Positions 9,826 through 19,702 of a stretch of DNA of 64,000 nt are shown one piece after another. A program made the position numbers and the translations under genes. How positions within the stretch are numbered: position 1 is the stretch's first letter; each line of letters starts with the position of its first letter. The DNA is from Fibrobacterales bacterium (GTDB taxonomy: Bacteria; Fibrobacterota; Fibrobacteria; Fibrobacterales; JAOPTW01): assembly GCA_051532035.1 (NCBI GenBank), contig JAOPTW010000013.1:320001-384000 (forward strand). The letters are read 5' to 3'. Under the pieces are notes generated by a model, which was not told the DNA's origin, did not search any database, and was given only the letters and a program-made list of their open reading frames with translations.

Positions 9826-10414
9826 TTTTAACCTTTTTACCTAGAGTTATATTTCGTCCTTAATATACGTGATAATTCGTTAAAAATCAACATTGTGAAT
9901 TTTTAACAGGTGTACTTGCTTGTCCCCCGTTTTTACCCAATGTTAGAAGTAGAGGTTAAACCCTAATTGCATCATTCGAGGCTGCCGCCTACCATTACTC
10001 TTGTTCATGTTCAATAGTCTCAAAGCGAATATACACCACCTACTTCTGGGTTTGTGGAAAGTACAGATTAAGAAAGAACATGATTATTCACAGGTGTTGT
10101 TGACCGAACGGGCCTCTGATGGTTTTGTTTTCTTTTGGGGGAGTGACTAGGCTATCGCCTTAATGGGCGATATTGTGCCTTCAGGCAATAGTGGAGAGTC
10201 TATGTCTTGACCTATTGGAAAAGAAGGTAGACAATTTCTGTCTAGTGCCTCATTATTTCTTTAGGGCTTATTTTTCCTGAAGAAGCTATATTTGAAGTGT
10301 TAGGAGAGCGATTTGAGCTTCAGCCAATTGGTAATGAAATATTTGAAATACACCGTAAGTTAATTGGATTTGTAAATAATGGACATACTTTTAAGGGTCA
10401 CAGATAATAGCTAT

Positions 10415-11494
10415 TTATAGTTCTAAAACAGGTTCCATATAGCAGTCAAGAAAATCTTCTGTTACACCTCTAAGTTTACGTTTCTGACATAAAGCATAAA
10501 GCTCCTCTACTGCAGAATACGTAAAATATCTGGTATTAAGGTCTTTGAATTGGGGTTTTGTTGCCTCTCTAATGACTTTGTCTCTATCTTCATCCGGAGC
10601 AACTATTACGTATCTCGTTGGAAATGGCGGGAACTTATCCTTAAAGTTTTTCATTCTACTCAAACCACTTGTTACGCCTGTAGAATGCTCGATCTCCATA
10701 ACTGCGGGCATTAATGTTCCATTTTTGAACCATATGCAGTCTATAAGCAAAGCAGCTTGGGCAGCATCATCATATGCACTAAGTAATTGTTCATCTTTAA
10801 GTGATTGAATAACTCCATCATATTCGCCAATTTTTTTGTTTTGATATAGAATGCCTTTATCATTTTGCGCAATCCACGTTCTAAATTCTAATTGTTTGCC
10901 AATGAAGTAAAGTGCAATTTGTATTTGAGCATGTCTTCTTTGTATTTCAATATCTATTCCTTGTGTTTCGTAGTCACTTGGAATTGCGAGAGAATCATAG
11001 TATGCATCAAAAGTCTGCATTTCAGATATAACCATATCAGTTTCAATTTTTTGTTTAACACCATTTTGATGAGGCTTATCAGGCATCCACATTAGATGTT
11101 TATGGCCATCTTTAACTTTTGTCATTCCATCTTTGTTTTCTATACGCCCCGGAAAACAAAAATAAAATTCAGGTGTATGAGATATAAGTGCTTCCAGGAC
11201 ACTACGAGTATTATAGCTTCCGCCTAGTGTTCTGTCAAAATTTAAAGGTTGGTTGGGGCTGAAAGCATTGGCAATTCTCCATATCATTTCAGTAGAGATG
11301 GGAACGGTTTTTGCGTTGCTCTCGATTCCTCCTTTACTTGGATTCCATCTTTTTACTCTAATTGGACCTTCAGGTAAATCAACACCGTCAATTTTGATTA
11401 AGGATTTTGTTTTTTCATTGATATAATTGTATGCAACATTTTTATCAAGTTGATTGATAAATGTAACGATATTGCTTGCAGTTAATTTTCTCAC
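10415..11494 (-). CDS. Type II restriction endonuclease (putative)
   Basis: Starts 3 nt after the stop of the C5 MTase. C-terminal LIDCIWF...VMEIEHST resembles a PD-(D/E)xK-fold active site. Confidence 0.8.
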   Translation of the reverse strand: MRKLTASNIVTFINQLDKNVAYNYINEKTKSLIKIDGVDLPEGPIRVKRWNPSKGGIESNAKTVPISTEMIWRIANAFSPNQPLNFDRTLGGSYNTRSVLEALISHTPEFYFCFPGRIENKDGMTKVKDGHKHLMWMPDKPHQNGVKQKIETDMVISEMQTFDAYYDSLAIPSDYETQGIDIEIQRRHAQIQIALYFIGKQLEFRTWIAQNDKGILYQNKKIGEYDGVIQSLKDEQLLSAYDDAAQAALLIDCIWFKNGTLMPAVMEIEHSTGVTSGLSRMKNFKDKFPPFPTRYVIVAPDEDRDKVIREATKPQFKDLNTRYFTYSAVEELYALCQKRKLRGVTEDFLDCYMEPVLEL

Positions 11495-11497
11495 GGC

Positions 11498-12634
11498 CTA
11501 CTTCTTTTTATCGTTAGTATTCTCTATAAAATATAAGATAGTTTCTGCTAGCCCTTTTGCGGCTAAATATGGGACCCCATTGCCTATGGTTTTAAACATA
11601 TTTGTTAAAGATATATGGCTAGGTATGACAAAATTTTTAGGTAACGACTGAACTGCAAGTGCTTCGGCGGCGGAAATACGCCTTGCTTTATAGGGATGTA
11701 TATGCACTTCATTGTTGCCATAGGCGGCTGTTGGTGAGTACCTCCAACGATGTAATCGTTTGTACGATTTCTTTAAATCATCACCTTCGTCAATCTTTTT
11801 AAATTTTACAAGACCAGCCCTAGGAGTGAAGTGGTGTTTCGAATTTGGATGCTCTTCAACTTTGTTTTTCTGGAACCAATATTCTACAGTAAGTTTCTTA
11901 ATTATTTTAGCTGGTGGCGAAGTAACAGAACCTTCTTTGAATTTATCTAAGGAAGGCCATGGCTTATTCAATACATCTTTTGCATTATAAATATTTTTTT
12001 CATCCCAACAGAAGGAAGGAATTGTGGAACCATTAACTTTTAATCCCATAGTCTTTAGTGTTTCTTTCTTAAAGCCAATTAAAATGATTCTTTCGCGGTC
12101 TTGTGGTGCACCATATTCGAGGGCATTAATCAGTTTTTCAGTAAGACAATAGCCATTTTGAATGAGCTTATTTTTCATAGATTCAAAAAATTCACGATGT
12201 ATTTTAGTTCTATATAACCCTTTAACATTCTCAAATAGAAAGAAGTCGGGTAAGTTTTTTGTGATAAGTTCAATGTATGTAGATGATAGTATTCCATTCT
12301 CACCCTTTATTCCTTTATTCTTTCCGGCAACAGAAAAGTCAGGGCACGGAGGTCCGCCAATGAATCCTATAAGATCAAAATTTTGTTTGGCATCTAGCAT
12401 AGACTGTTTTAAAAATTTCGCTTCATCCTTTTTTAAGAAATTGGTTATATCGCCAATGTGGTGGCCGTATCTCGGGTGTGGGATCTCTTTAAAGCCTTCC
12501 CTTGCACCTTGGTAAATTTCCATGAATGGAGCATGGAATTCATTAACAAATACAGTTTCAAAATTTTGAGTAGTTTCAAAGCCGAGGTCTAAGAAGCCGG
12601 CTCCGGCAAAAAAGGAAAAAATTCCTGTTTTCAT
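11498..12634 (-). CDS. DNA (cytosine-5)-methyltransferase
   Basis: Motif I FFAGAGFLDLG, motif IV GGPPCPDFS, motif VI FENV, motif VIII QDRER, motif X IGNGV. Confidence 0.95.
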   Translation of the reverse strand: MKTGIFSFFAGAGFLDLGFETTQNFETVFVNEFHAPFMEIYQGAREGFKEIPHPRYGHHIGDITNFLKKDEAKFLKQSMLDAKQNFDLIGFIGGPPCPDFSVAGKNKGIKGENGILSSTYIELITKNLPDFFLFENVKGLYRTKIHREFFESMKNKLIQNGYCLTEKLINALEYGAPQDRERIILIGFKKETLKTMGLKVNGSTIPSFCWDEKNIYNAKDVLNKPWPSLDKFKEGSVTSPPAKIIKKLTVEYWFQKNKVEEHPNSKHHFTPRAGLVKFKKIDEGDDLKKSYKRLHRWRYSPTAAYGNNEVHIHPYKARRISAAEALAVQSLPKNFVIPSHISLTNMFKTIGNGVPYLAAKGLAETILYFIENTNDKKK

Positions 12635-13625
12635 ATAATAGTCTTTGTTTTGGGAATATTTAAAAGGTAAAATATTCCCTCAAAATTACCATGAAGAGAT
12701 ACCTTTCCTCCATTTTATATCAAAGAATTTATTGGTATAAATAATAATTATCGCTGTAAAATCAATAAAAACTCAAACAAAGGTCTCTTTATTAACTAAA
12801 ACAGCAAAATGTAGTTTTACAGGTGATAATACATTTTAGGGAAGTAGGTTTTTAAATATCAAGGTCTAATTAGCTATTTGAAAAGCACCTCCCCTCCCCT
12901 CACATCAAATCAATATCAAATCAAGGGGTCCAATACCATATTTATAGCACCTCCTCTAGTCAACAATCACAAGAATAGTACATACAACCCATCTTCCGAG
13001 TTCAAACAAAATACGCCCTAATCATTTTGAGGAAAGATTTTCTATATAACCTTGAGTAAGCCCTCTGGCTTGATTCCAAGCGCCCCAAGTATGGCTTCTC
13101 GCTATCGATAGAGCCTCCCCCTTTCACACCGGATGAGGTATATTTTAGAGAGGTAACAGCGGAAATGGCGATTATATCAAACTAAAATACTAGTTTTGGT
13201 TGTCTCATGTATTCAGCCACTATATTAACTAAAAAGCTTTAACACTCCCCAAAATATAATTGATATTAAACCCCAGACCATTAAAACTCCTAAATAATAC
13301 TCCAGCTTTTGATTACTCATAATTGCTACCTTTCGAATTTATAAGGTTTAACGATTAATATTATCTTTTTGTTACCTAATACCGAATTTTAAGTGTCTAT
13401 TATCAAATTAATTAAAACATGATCAACCTGCATAACTATAGCATGTAAAGAAATTCAAAAGCAGCCCTCCCCCATTTCACACCTGATAAGGTCTTTCATT
13501 CCTGCTTGTGATACGCCTCTTCTGCCTGGCATACTCATTCCGCTATAATAACGGATAAAAGTAGACTCAAGTAGATGCCGCTATATTGATTGTACCCAAA
13601 ATATAATAGGAGTGGTGTAGTATGA

Positions 13626-13906
13626 TCACCGTACAAGTGTCAATCCAATTGGAGTACTTGTTCCATTGATGAGAGAGTATATAGTGGATTTTGAAAAGCC
13701 GGTATAGCTCCGAAATTGATCGATGCCCTGATACATTCCATTATCTATTGCTTGAAGAAGACTATTATGAACATTACTGAAAATAGCTTTTACGGCTTTT
13801 TTCTCTCCAACGGTAATTTCTTTACGTTTCCCGCTTAGTATCCGGTAAGTTCGCTCATGGTAACCCCAAGGGCGTCCCTAATTCGCATTAGAAAGATATA
13901 TGTATA
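13626..13906 (-). pseudogene. Two tandem XRE-family helix-turn-helix remnants
   Basis: ~13835-13906 reads YTYIFLMRIRDALGVTMSELTGY* (XRE C-terminal helices). ~13626-13840 reads ...GIDQFRSYTGFSKSTIYSLINGTSTPIGLTLVR* (HTH core, early stop, no upstream start). Confidence 0.55.
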
Positions 13907-14526
13907 CTATTGAAAGAGTCCCCCTTGCCCGAGTTAACACAGGGTCTCTAGCCCAATACCACGACCACATCAAACAACAAATTGTTGCTGGTCCTTATGG
14001 TGAGCCATGGATGGAGCACGTACTGAGTACCCCGTTGGATATATTCCTTAATTATTTGTATCAAAGTGACTACCTGAGCAAAAGGTTTTAGTGTGATGAA
14101 AGAAAGAACCAGGATGAGGGAGGTGTGTATAGGAGCACAATAAAGTAGAGGGGGCTTGGTTACCATACGATGCCCGATCGTGGAAGAGTGGCTATATGTG
14201 ACATACAGACCTATAATGATGATCAAATAACTGAATGTGGAAAATACTGTTCTACGATAGACAAAGTGAAAAAATACTGTGGCCCTCACTCAAGTCATGA
14301 CCCTTGCTCCAGTCCATTAGCTGTGTGTGTGCCTGGGTGTTTTTATTAGGCAAACACCACTCCCCCATCACCTCCCAAAAACACCAACAATAACCCCATT
14401 TTCGTCCAAAATCACCCACCCCACTGAACTCTACGGGTCAAAATAACTTACATTTACCTGCGGGGACATACATTATGTGATTTTCACACAATCACCTGAT
14501 GATATACATACATAGTTGGGGAACTA

Positions 14527-17500
14527 ATGAAACAAAAGTCTAACTCTTTTTGGGTGATCTATTCGTGTGCGGTCGCACTCTCAATTGTATTTTATTTTAT
14601 CTATACCGCACGTCCAGAAGTCGATGGACTCACAAAAGCTACAGAAACTACGTGGCCTCAACCGCTCCCTGCTGAAAGCGAAGAAGACCGAGAACGTTAT
14701 GGCGATCATAAACGTCGCCCGTGGACCAAAGAAGAGGCCGCCTTTAATAAAAAGCGTTATGAAGACATCAGATCTCCTCTGTCAACTACTGCACTTGGTG
14801 CTCCAGCTCCTGTACCCACTCTAGAATCTCTCGCTCCTGCAGAAAAAGATGGATTTATTAACCTTGCAAACAACACCTTTTCTGGTAAATGGACCAGTAG
14901 AGGCCCTAAGAACATGCCCGGCGCCTTTCAATTTAGTGAAATAGACGAAGGGACAGACACGGTCTATGCTGTCAGTATGGGACATTATGGGGGCGTACAG
15001 TTCATCTATAAAGGGACTCTTGCCGGCGATGACTGGAAGATCATCAATCCCAAACACCCCTCACGATTTGAGGATCTCATGGTTGTGCCCAATGGTTCTC
15101 AGAGGAGAATTATTGCAGGAGAAGAACAAGGAGCTATCATGTACTCGGATAATGCGGGAGCAGCCTGGACCTTTTCTACAGGGATTACAAATGGTATCAC
15201 CAGCACTATTGTTAATAGACAAGACAATCATACCATCTATACTACTGATGGCAAATCTATTTACGTTTCATACGACCTTGGTTCAACATTTAGTCTCTTT
15301 CAATCTTTTACTATAAACACCCACGCCCGACTGTATACTCCGCGTTGGGACATACAACCCAATGCATCGGATGTCTATTTTGCCCATGGAAGCACGTTTT
15401 ACACCCTCAATAGTGCGAAAACTTCTTTTGTACAAACGGGTACAATTGCTAGCGGAGCTGAGATTGGCCTTGGTGGAGACACACGCCGACTCTGGATGAC
15501 CCAAGACAGTAAAGAATGGTACCACAGTGTGGATGGCGGAGCAACCTGGAATTATCAAGCAACCGAAAACTGGTGGTACAGCAGTATGAAAGCCAACATG
15601 TCTCAAGGCCAGTACCCAGGAATACATCCAGAAAACCCTGATATCATTATTGGTGGCTATGCATTTCCACTCTCTTCGCGTAATGCCGGTCAAACAACAA
15701 ACTCAGATGCAAAAAACTGGTGGGGACACTATCAAAACGCCGTAGGAAATGATCAACGGGTGCGCATTCACTTTCATCCCGACCACCAAGCATCTCAGTT
15801 TTTTTACGATGCATCAGGGACTCTTCTCTCGCTTCGCTCTACTGATGGCGGAGTTTTTAAATCATACAATGAGTGGACTAAAACATCTTACCCAACCTTA
15901 CAATCAATAGAAGACGTCTTTTACAATATCACCCTTTTTAATGCCCCTACACAAGAGGCGTACCGCGGTGGTTTTATTTCGGGCAAACACAACTCCGATG
16001 ACATGACTGCCTGTACTCAAGACCAAGGCTGGCAAAACACCCGTGCCTCAACCTATGGGACTGACCTTCTCTCATGGGACCAAGTGGGCGGTGGTGATGG
16101 ACCAAACTGTATTTCGGGTGATGGACTTATTGCATGGAGTTATAACTATCAAGGGAGCGATAATTTTAAACGTATCGAACTCTATGATGCTTCTGGCACT
16201 TACAAAGGACTCTCAGGAGCTACGTCAAGCACCTATAACCCCAATTATTCAAAAGGCACCGCCTACTTTACCCCGGGCGTGGGTGATTGGTCAAATGGCG
16301 ATCTCATATGGACCATGAGCCATAGACTCAGAAAATTCGAATACAATGGCGGCGTCATTTCGAGCACAGAACACGACCTCAATGAGAGTCAATATTTTGT
16401 GCAAGGGATCGCCCAATCACGAGAAAATCCTGATATTGTATTTGCCATGGAAAACGGCTATGTGTATACGTCTACAAACCGCGGCGATTCGTGGAGTCAA
16501 GTTGCATCGAATAGCGCAACAGGTATAAGTGGTACCCATGGCATTGGACGAGGTAATTTTGGTATGGGTTGGGCAATCGACAACCAAACAATTCTCTTTG
16601 CAACGGAATCTGGAAGTGCGGTTCACACCATATTTTCAAAAGACGGTGGGTATACCTGGACCAATGTCACAGGAACAGGAATTAATTCCTTCCCGTCAGC
16701 TTCGGTCAATGGTATGACTGCCAATGAAGCTGGCACACTCATTTTCGCATCTACCACTGCAGGACCCTATGTATTTGTAGTCGCCGAAGAACACTGGTAT
16801 CCCCTGGCGCTCCAAGGATCAGTACCCATTTTCTCTGGGCAGGTAGCCACCACGGTCAAAAAGGACGATTCCGAGATTATACGTTTCTCCACTTGGGGGC
16901 AAGGCATTTGGGATCTCACTTTAGCGCCTGTGATTCCCACACTTGATATTACAAGCACAACTCCTAATGTACTTATAACTACTCAAGACTCTATCACCTT
17001 ACACTGGAGCTCCAATCAGTTAGAGTATGTTATCGTAACACTCAACCGTACTGACTCTCTACCCGATACCCTTGGTATTGCTGCAACCCAAACGGGATCA
17101 TTCACTTGGCCCATTTCTGACTCCCTTATCAACGCTGATTCATTTTCACTCCGCATTCAACACAGTGTATCTCTCACCTATGATGAGACCGAAGTATATA
17201 CCATTATCCCTCCTGATGTAAACATTGCCCTCAACAAAGAGAGTATCGTATCATCCACCAATGAAGCTGACAGCAATTCCTTTGTGAACGATGGTGATTC
17301 TGACAACTACTGGCGCAGCGACGCAACAACGAGCGACCAATGGGTAGCCATAGATCTCGAAGATACATTCCACATTGGTGTGATAGTTATAGAATGGGGA
17401 GCGATTCTCCCGGAAACCTATACTATAGAAATGTATGATGATTCAAGTAACTGGATAGCACTCACCTCTGATTTAAAGCCTACGAACCCTGTAGATATAC

Positions 17501-17988
17501 TCAATCTTAACACAGGCTTTACCAATGGTATTCGTATCCGCAGCACGCACACAGAGCTCAACGCATCAGCCATTGTAGAGCTCACGATACACGAAATACG
17601 TATCTATGAAAACCAAAACCCAATACTCCCTCTCTCATCGTCTGAGGCCGAAGAGCTTTCCAGTAGTTCGAGCGGCCTCTTTGACAGCTCAATAGGATAC
17701 ACTCAAGATGGCGCGGGATCAAGCAGTGAGGGTGAGTTTACTAGAGAAGAAAGCTCTGATGAACCCTCACCCATTTCAAGAATAGTTTATCAAAAAGGTT
17801 TGTATTCGATGATCGTGAATACAGTAGACTATACTGACCGGAGCATCACAGTCCCTGAGTCAGTAACATCCTATGAAATATATACCATTCATGGAGAGCG
17901 TATCAAATCTGGAACGGTACACAATGGCACCATTACCTTTTCGAAAGACATACCACAAGCCCTCCTCTTTATACAGTTTAACCAGTAG
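14527..17988 (+). CDS. Secreted BNR/Asp-box (VPS10/GH74-like) beta-propeller protein with discoidin (F5/8 type C) domain, Ser-rich linker and C-terminal sorting-type module
   Basis: N-terminal hydrophobic segment; Asp-boxes SDNAGAAW, SYDLGSTF, SVDGGATW, STNRGDSW, SKDGGYTW; STWGQGIW; NIALNK...DGDSDNYWRS...QWVAIDL discoidin signature. Confidence 0.8.
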   Translation: MKQKSNSFWVIYSCAVALSIVFYFIYTARPEVDGLTKATETTWPQPLPAESEEDRERYGDHKRRPWTKEEAAFNKKRYEDIRSPLSTTALGAPAPVPTLESLAPAEKDGFINLANNTFSGKWTSRGPKNMPGAFQFSEIDEGTDTVYAVSMGHYGGVQFIYKGTLAGDDWKIINPKHPSRFEDLMVVPNGSQRRIIAGEEQGAIMYSDNAGAAWTFSTGITNGITSTIVNRQDNHTIYTTDGKSIYVSYDLGSTFSLFQSFTINTHARLYTPRWDIQPNASDVYFAHGSTFYTLNSAKTSFVQTGTIASGAEIGLGGDTRRLWMTQDSKEWYHSVDGGATWNYQATENWWYSSMKANMSQGQYPGIHPENPDIIIGGYAFPLSSRNAGQTTNSDAKNWWGHYQNAVGNDQRVRIHFHPDHQASQFFYDASGTLLSLRSTDGGVFKSYNEWTKTSYPTLQSIEDVFYNITLFNAPTQEAYRGGFISGKHNSDDMTACTQDQGWQNTRASTYGTDLLSWDQVGGGDGPNCISGDGLIAWSYNYQGSDNFKRIELYDASGTYKGLSGATSSTYNPNYSKGTAYFTPGVGDWSNGDLIWTMSHRLRKFEYNGGVISSTEHDLNESQYFVQGIAQSRENPDIVFAMENGYVYTSTNRGDSWSQVASNSATGISGTHGIGRGNFGMGWAIDNQTILFATESGSAVHTIFSKDGGYTWTNVTGTGINSFPSASVNGMTANEAGTLIFASTTAGPYVFVVAEEHWYPLALQGSVPIFSGQVATTVKKDDSEIIRFSTWGQGIWDLTLAPVIPTLDITSTTPNVLITTQDSITLHWSSNQLEYVIVTLNRTDSLPDTLGIAATQTGSFTWPISDSLINADSFSLRIQHSVSLTYDETEVYTIIPPDVNIALNKESIVSSTNEADSNSFVNDGDSDNYWRSDATTSDQWVAIDLEDTFHIGVIVIEWGAILPETYTIEMYDDSSNWIALTSDLKPTNPVDILNLNTGFTNGIRIRSTHTELNASAIVELTIHEIRIYENQNPILPLSSSEAEELSSSSSGLFDSSIGYTQDGAGSSSEGEFTREESSDEPSPISRIVYQKGLYSMIVNTVDYTDRSITVPESVTSYEIYTIHGERIKSGTVHNGTITFSKDIPQALLFIQFNQ

Positions 17989-18032
17989 AGTTGCACAACG
18001 ATACACACGTTAATGAGAGAATAGAGATACCT

Positions 18033-18551
18033 ATGGCAGAAAACAAGAATACATTAAAGACCATCAGAAAAGTTCACCTCTGGCTATCACTGATTGTTAT
18101 GGTTCCCCTGGTCATTGTCTCGACAACTGGTCTCATTCTCATGTTCAAAAAGCAGATTGAATGGATTCAACCGCCAACCCATTTGGGAACAACCCAGTCC
18201 TTTACCCTCACCCCCGAACAAATTCTTGAAGCCTGTCGTATAGACCCACGAACAACCATAACAGAATGGAATAACATACGACGACTTGATGTGCGGCCTC
18301 ACAAAGGGATCATTAAAGTACAGGGCCCGGATAACATTGAAGTACAACTGGATGCTGCAACAGGAAATATCCTGCATATTCAAGAGCGCAACTCTGACCT
18401 TATAGAAAATATTCACGATGGTTCATATTTTGGAGACACTACCAAATATGCACTCTTCTTAGTTGCTGAACTTTTCTTTGTACTTCAACTTATTACGGGT
18501 ATCTATTTGTTTGTTGTGTACGCGAAGAGAAAGCATAAAAAAAGAGTTTAA
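18033..18551 (+). CDS. PepSY-associated TM helix protein
   Basis: RKVHLWLSL...TG, LDAATG, IENIHDG, ITGIYL motifs. ATG 18033 preferred over TTG 17991. Confidence 0.85.
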   Translation: MAENKNTLKTIRKVHLWLSLIVMVPLVIVSTTGLILMFKKQIEWIQPPTHLGTTQSFTLTPEQILEACRIDPRTTITEWNNIRRLDVRPHKGIIKVQGPDNIEVQLDAATGNILHIQERNSDLIENIHDGSYFGDTTKYALFLVAELFFVLQLITGIYLFVVYAKRKHKKRV

Positions 18552-18664
18552 AAACTCATTTTCCCCAACGTTAATACTGCATTTACCACAAAGCGAACGA
18601 CTCATTCCCCCCAATAGAAGCAAATATATTTTTACATTTAAGTTTTAATCATCTGGAGACACCA

Positions 18665-19468
18665 ATGAATTTATCATTCTTACCTATATTACTCATAACA
18701 GCCCTATTATCACTGATGGGCTGTAATCCTTTTTCAGAATCAAGCAGTGCATCCACAATCGGCAGCACTGATCCACTCTCTTCTAATGAAGATCAACCAA
18801 CAAGCCTTGTTGATAGCCCCGAATCAATAAGTGACATACTCTATAATGTTACAACCGTCTATAAAGAAGCACGAAGTTATAAAGATACAGGGAGAGAATA
18901 TACTTACTATTTCGACATCGGTGAAACAGAATCAAACCAAAGTAATGAATCGAAATTTTCTACAAGCTTTAAGAATAATGGTCAATTTAGGTTTGTCCAT
19001 GAAACTGGCGAATGGAGTTATTTTATAATACACCGAGATCAGGATTCAACGATGCAACATTGGTGGAACCTTAGTGACTCTCTTTTACAAGACTTTGAAT
19101 CTCTTTCTACAATGTTAGCAGTTATGGTTGGAGTAACAAGTGGCACATCATATAATATCTCATCAATGCTATTACCGTCCAATAGCCCTTTTGCAAGAAA
19201 CTTTTTTGATATGTACCCTCCTCAAATTCAATTAGACGATTCAGATATTCGTGGGGATGAATGTTATGCATTAAAGCATACCGAACCTGAAGATGGTGAT
19301 ATTACCATACTTTATTTTCGAAAAAGAGATTATCTTCTTCTCAGAATTGAACAAGAATCCTTTTTTAGCGACTTCAGAACCGAAAGCTTCGTAGATTATT
19401 ACCCTACCATTAATGAAACTCTTTCAGAAGACGATTTTGAGTACACTATCCCTGATGAATACTTATAG
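18665..19468 (+). CDS. Lipoprotein, possibly LolA/outer-membrane-sorting-like fold
   Basis: Lipobox LMGC then an S/T-rich linker; CYAL...ILYFRKRDYLLLRIE and EDDFEYTIP resemble the C-terminus of LolA-like proteins. Confidence 0.6.
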   Translation: MNLSFLPILLITALLSLMGCNPFSESSSASTIGSTDPLSSNEDQPTSLVDSPESISDILYNVTTVYKEARSYKDTGREYTYYFDIGETESNQSNESKFSTSFKNNGQFRFVHETGEWSYFIIHRDQDSTMQHWWNLSDSLLQDFESLSTMLAVMVGVTSGTSYNISSMLLPSNSPFARNFFDMYPPQIQLDDSDIRGDECYALKHTEPEDGDITILYFRKRDYLLLRIEQESFFSDFRTESFVDYYPTINETLSEDDFEYTIPDEYL

Positions 19469-19702
19469 ATAAGCAAACATTTCTCTAATCAAACATATTC
19501 ATCGGTAACGTTTTCTGCTGATGAATACTATTTTAAAGAAAGCATATCTTAGTGTTTCCTGTCCCCTTATCATACTGAATCCAATTAGTATAATTATACC
19601 GGGACACATGCACACTATTGATTTTCAGAAAAAAGGAGAGCGGGTAATTCTGCCTCTACTCAATAGTATTGTTCCTTTTAACTACCATAAAAAGGAAAGT
19701 AA

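Noticed and set aside
9940..10105. Possible HUH/Y1 transposase N-terminal remnant (..FEAAAYHYSC...VCGKYRLRKNMIIHR)
   Set aside because: The resemblance is too weak to support by eye; it needs a blastx search.
1274..13500. Integron cassette array
   Set aside because: I saw no RYYYAAC...GTTRRRY attC pairs after the stops, gene orientations are mixed, and no integrase is in the window.
13900..14289. Overlapping ORFs 13900..14091(+) and 13948..14289(-)
   Set aside because: No motif or convincing start context; they lie in a debris-rich boundary region.
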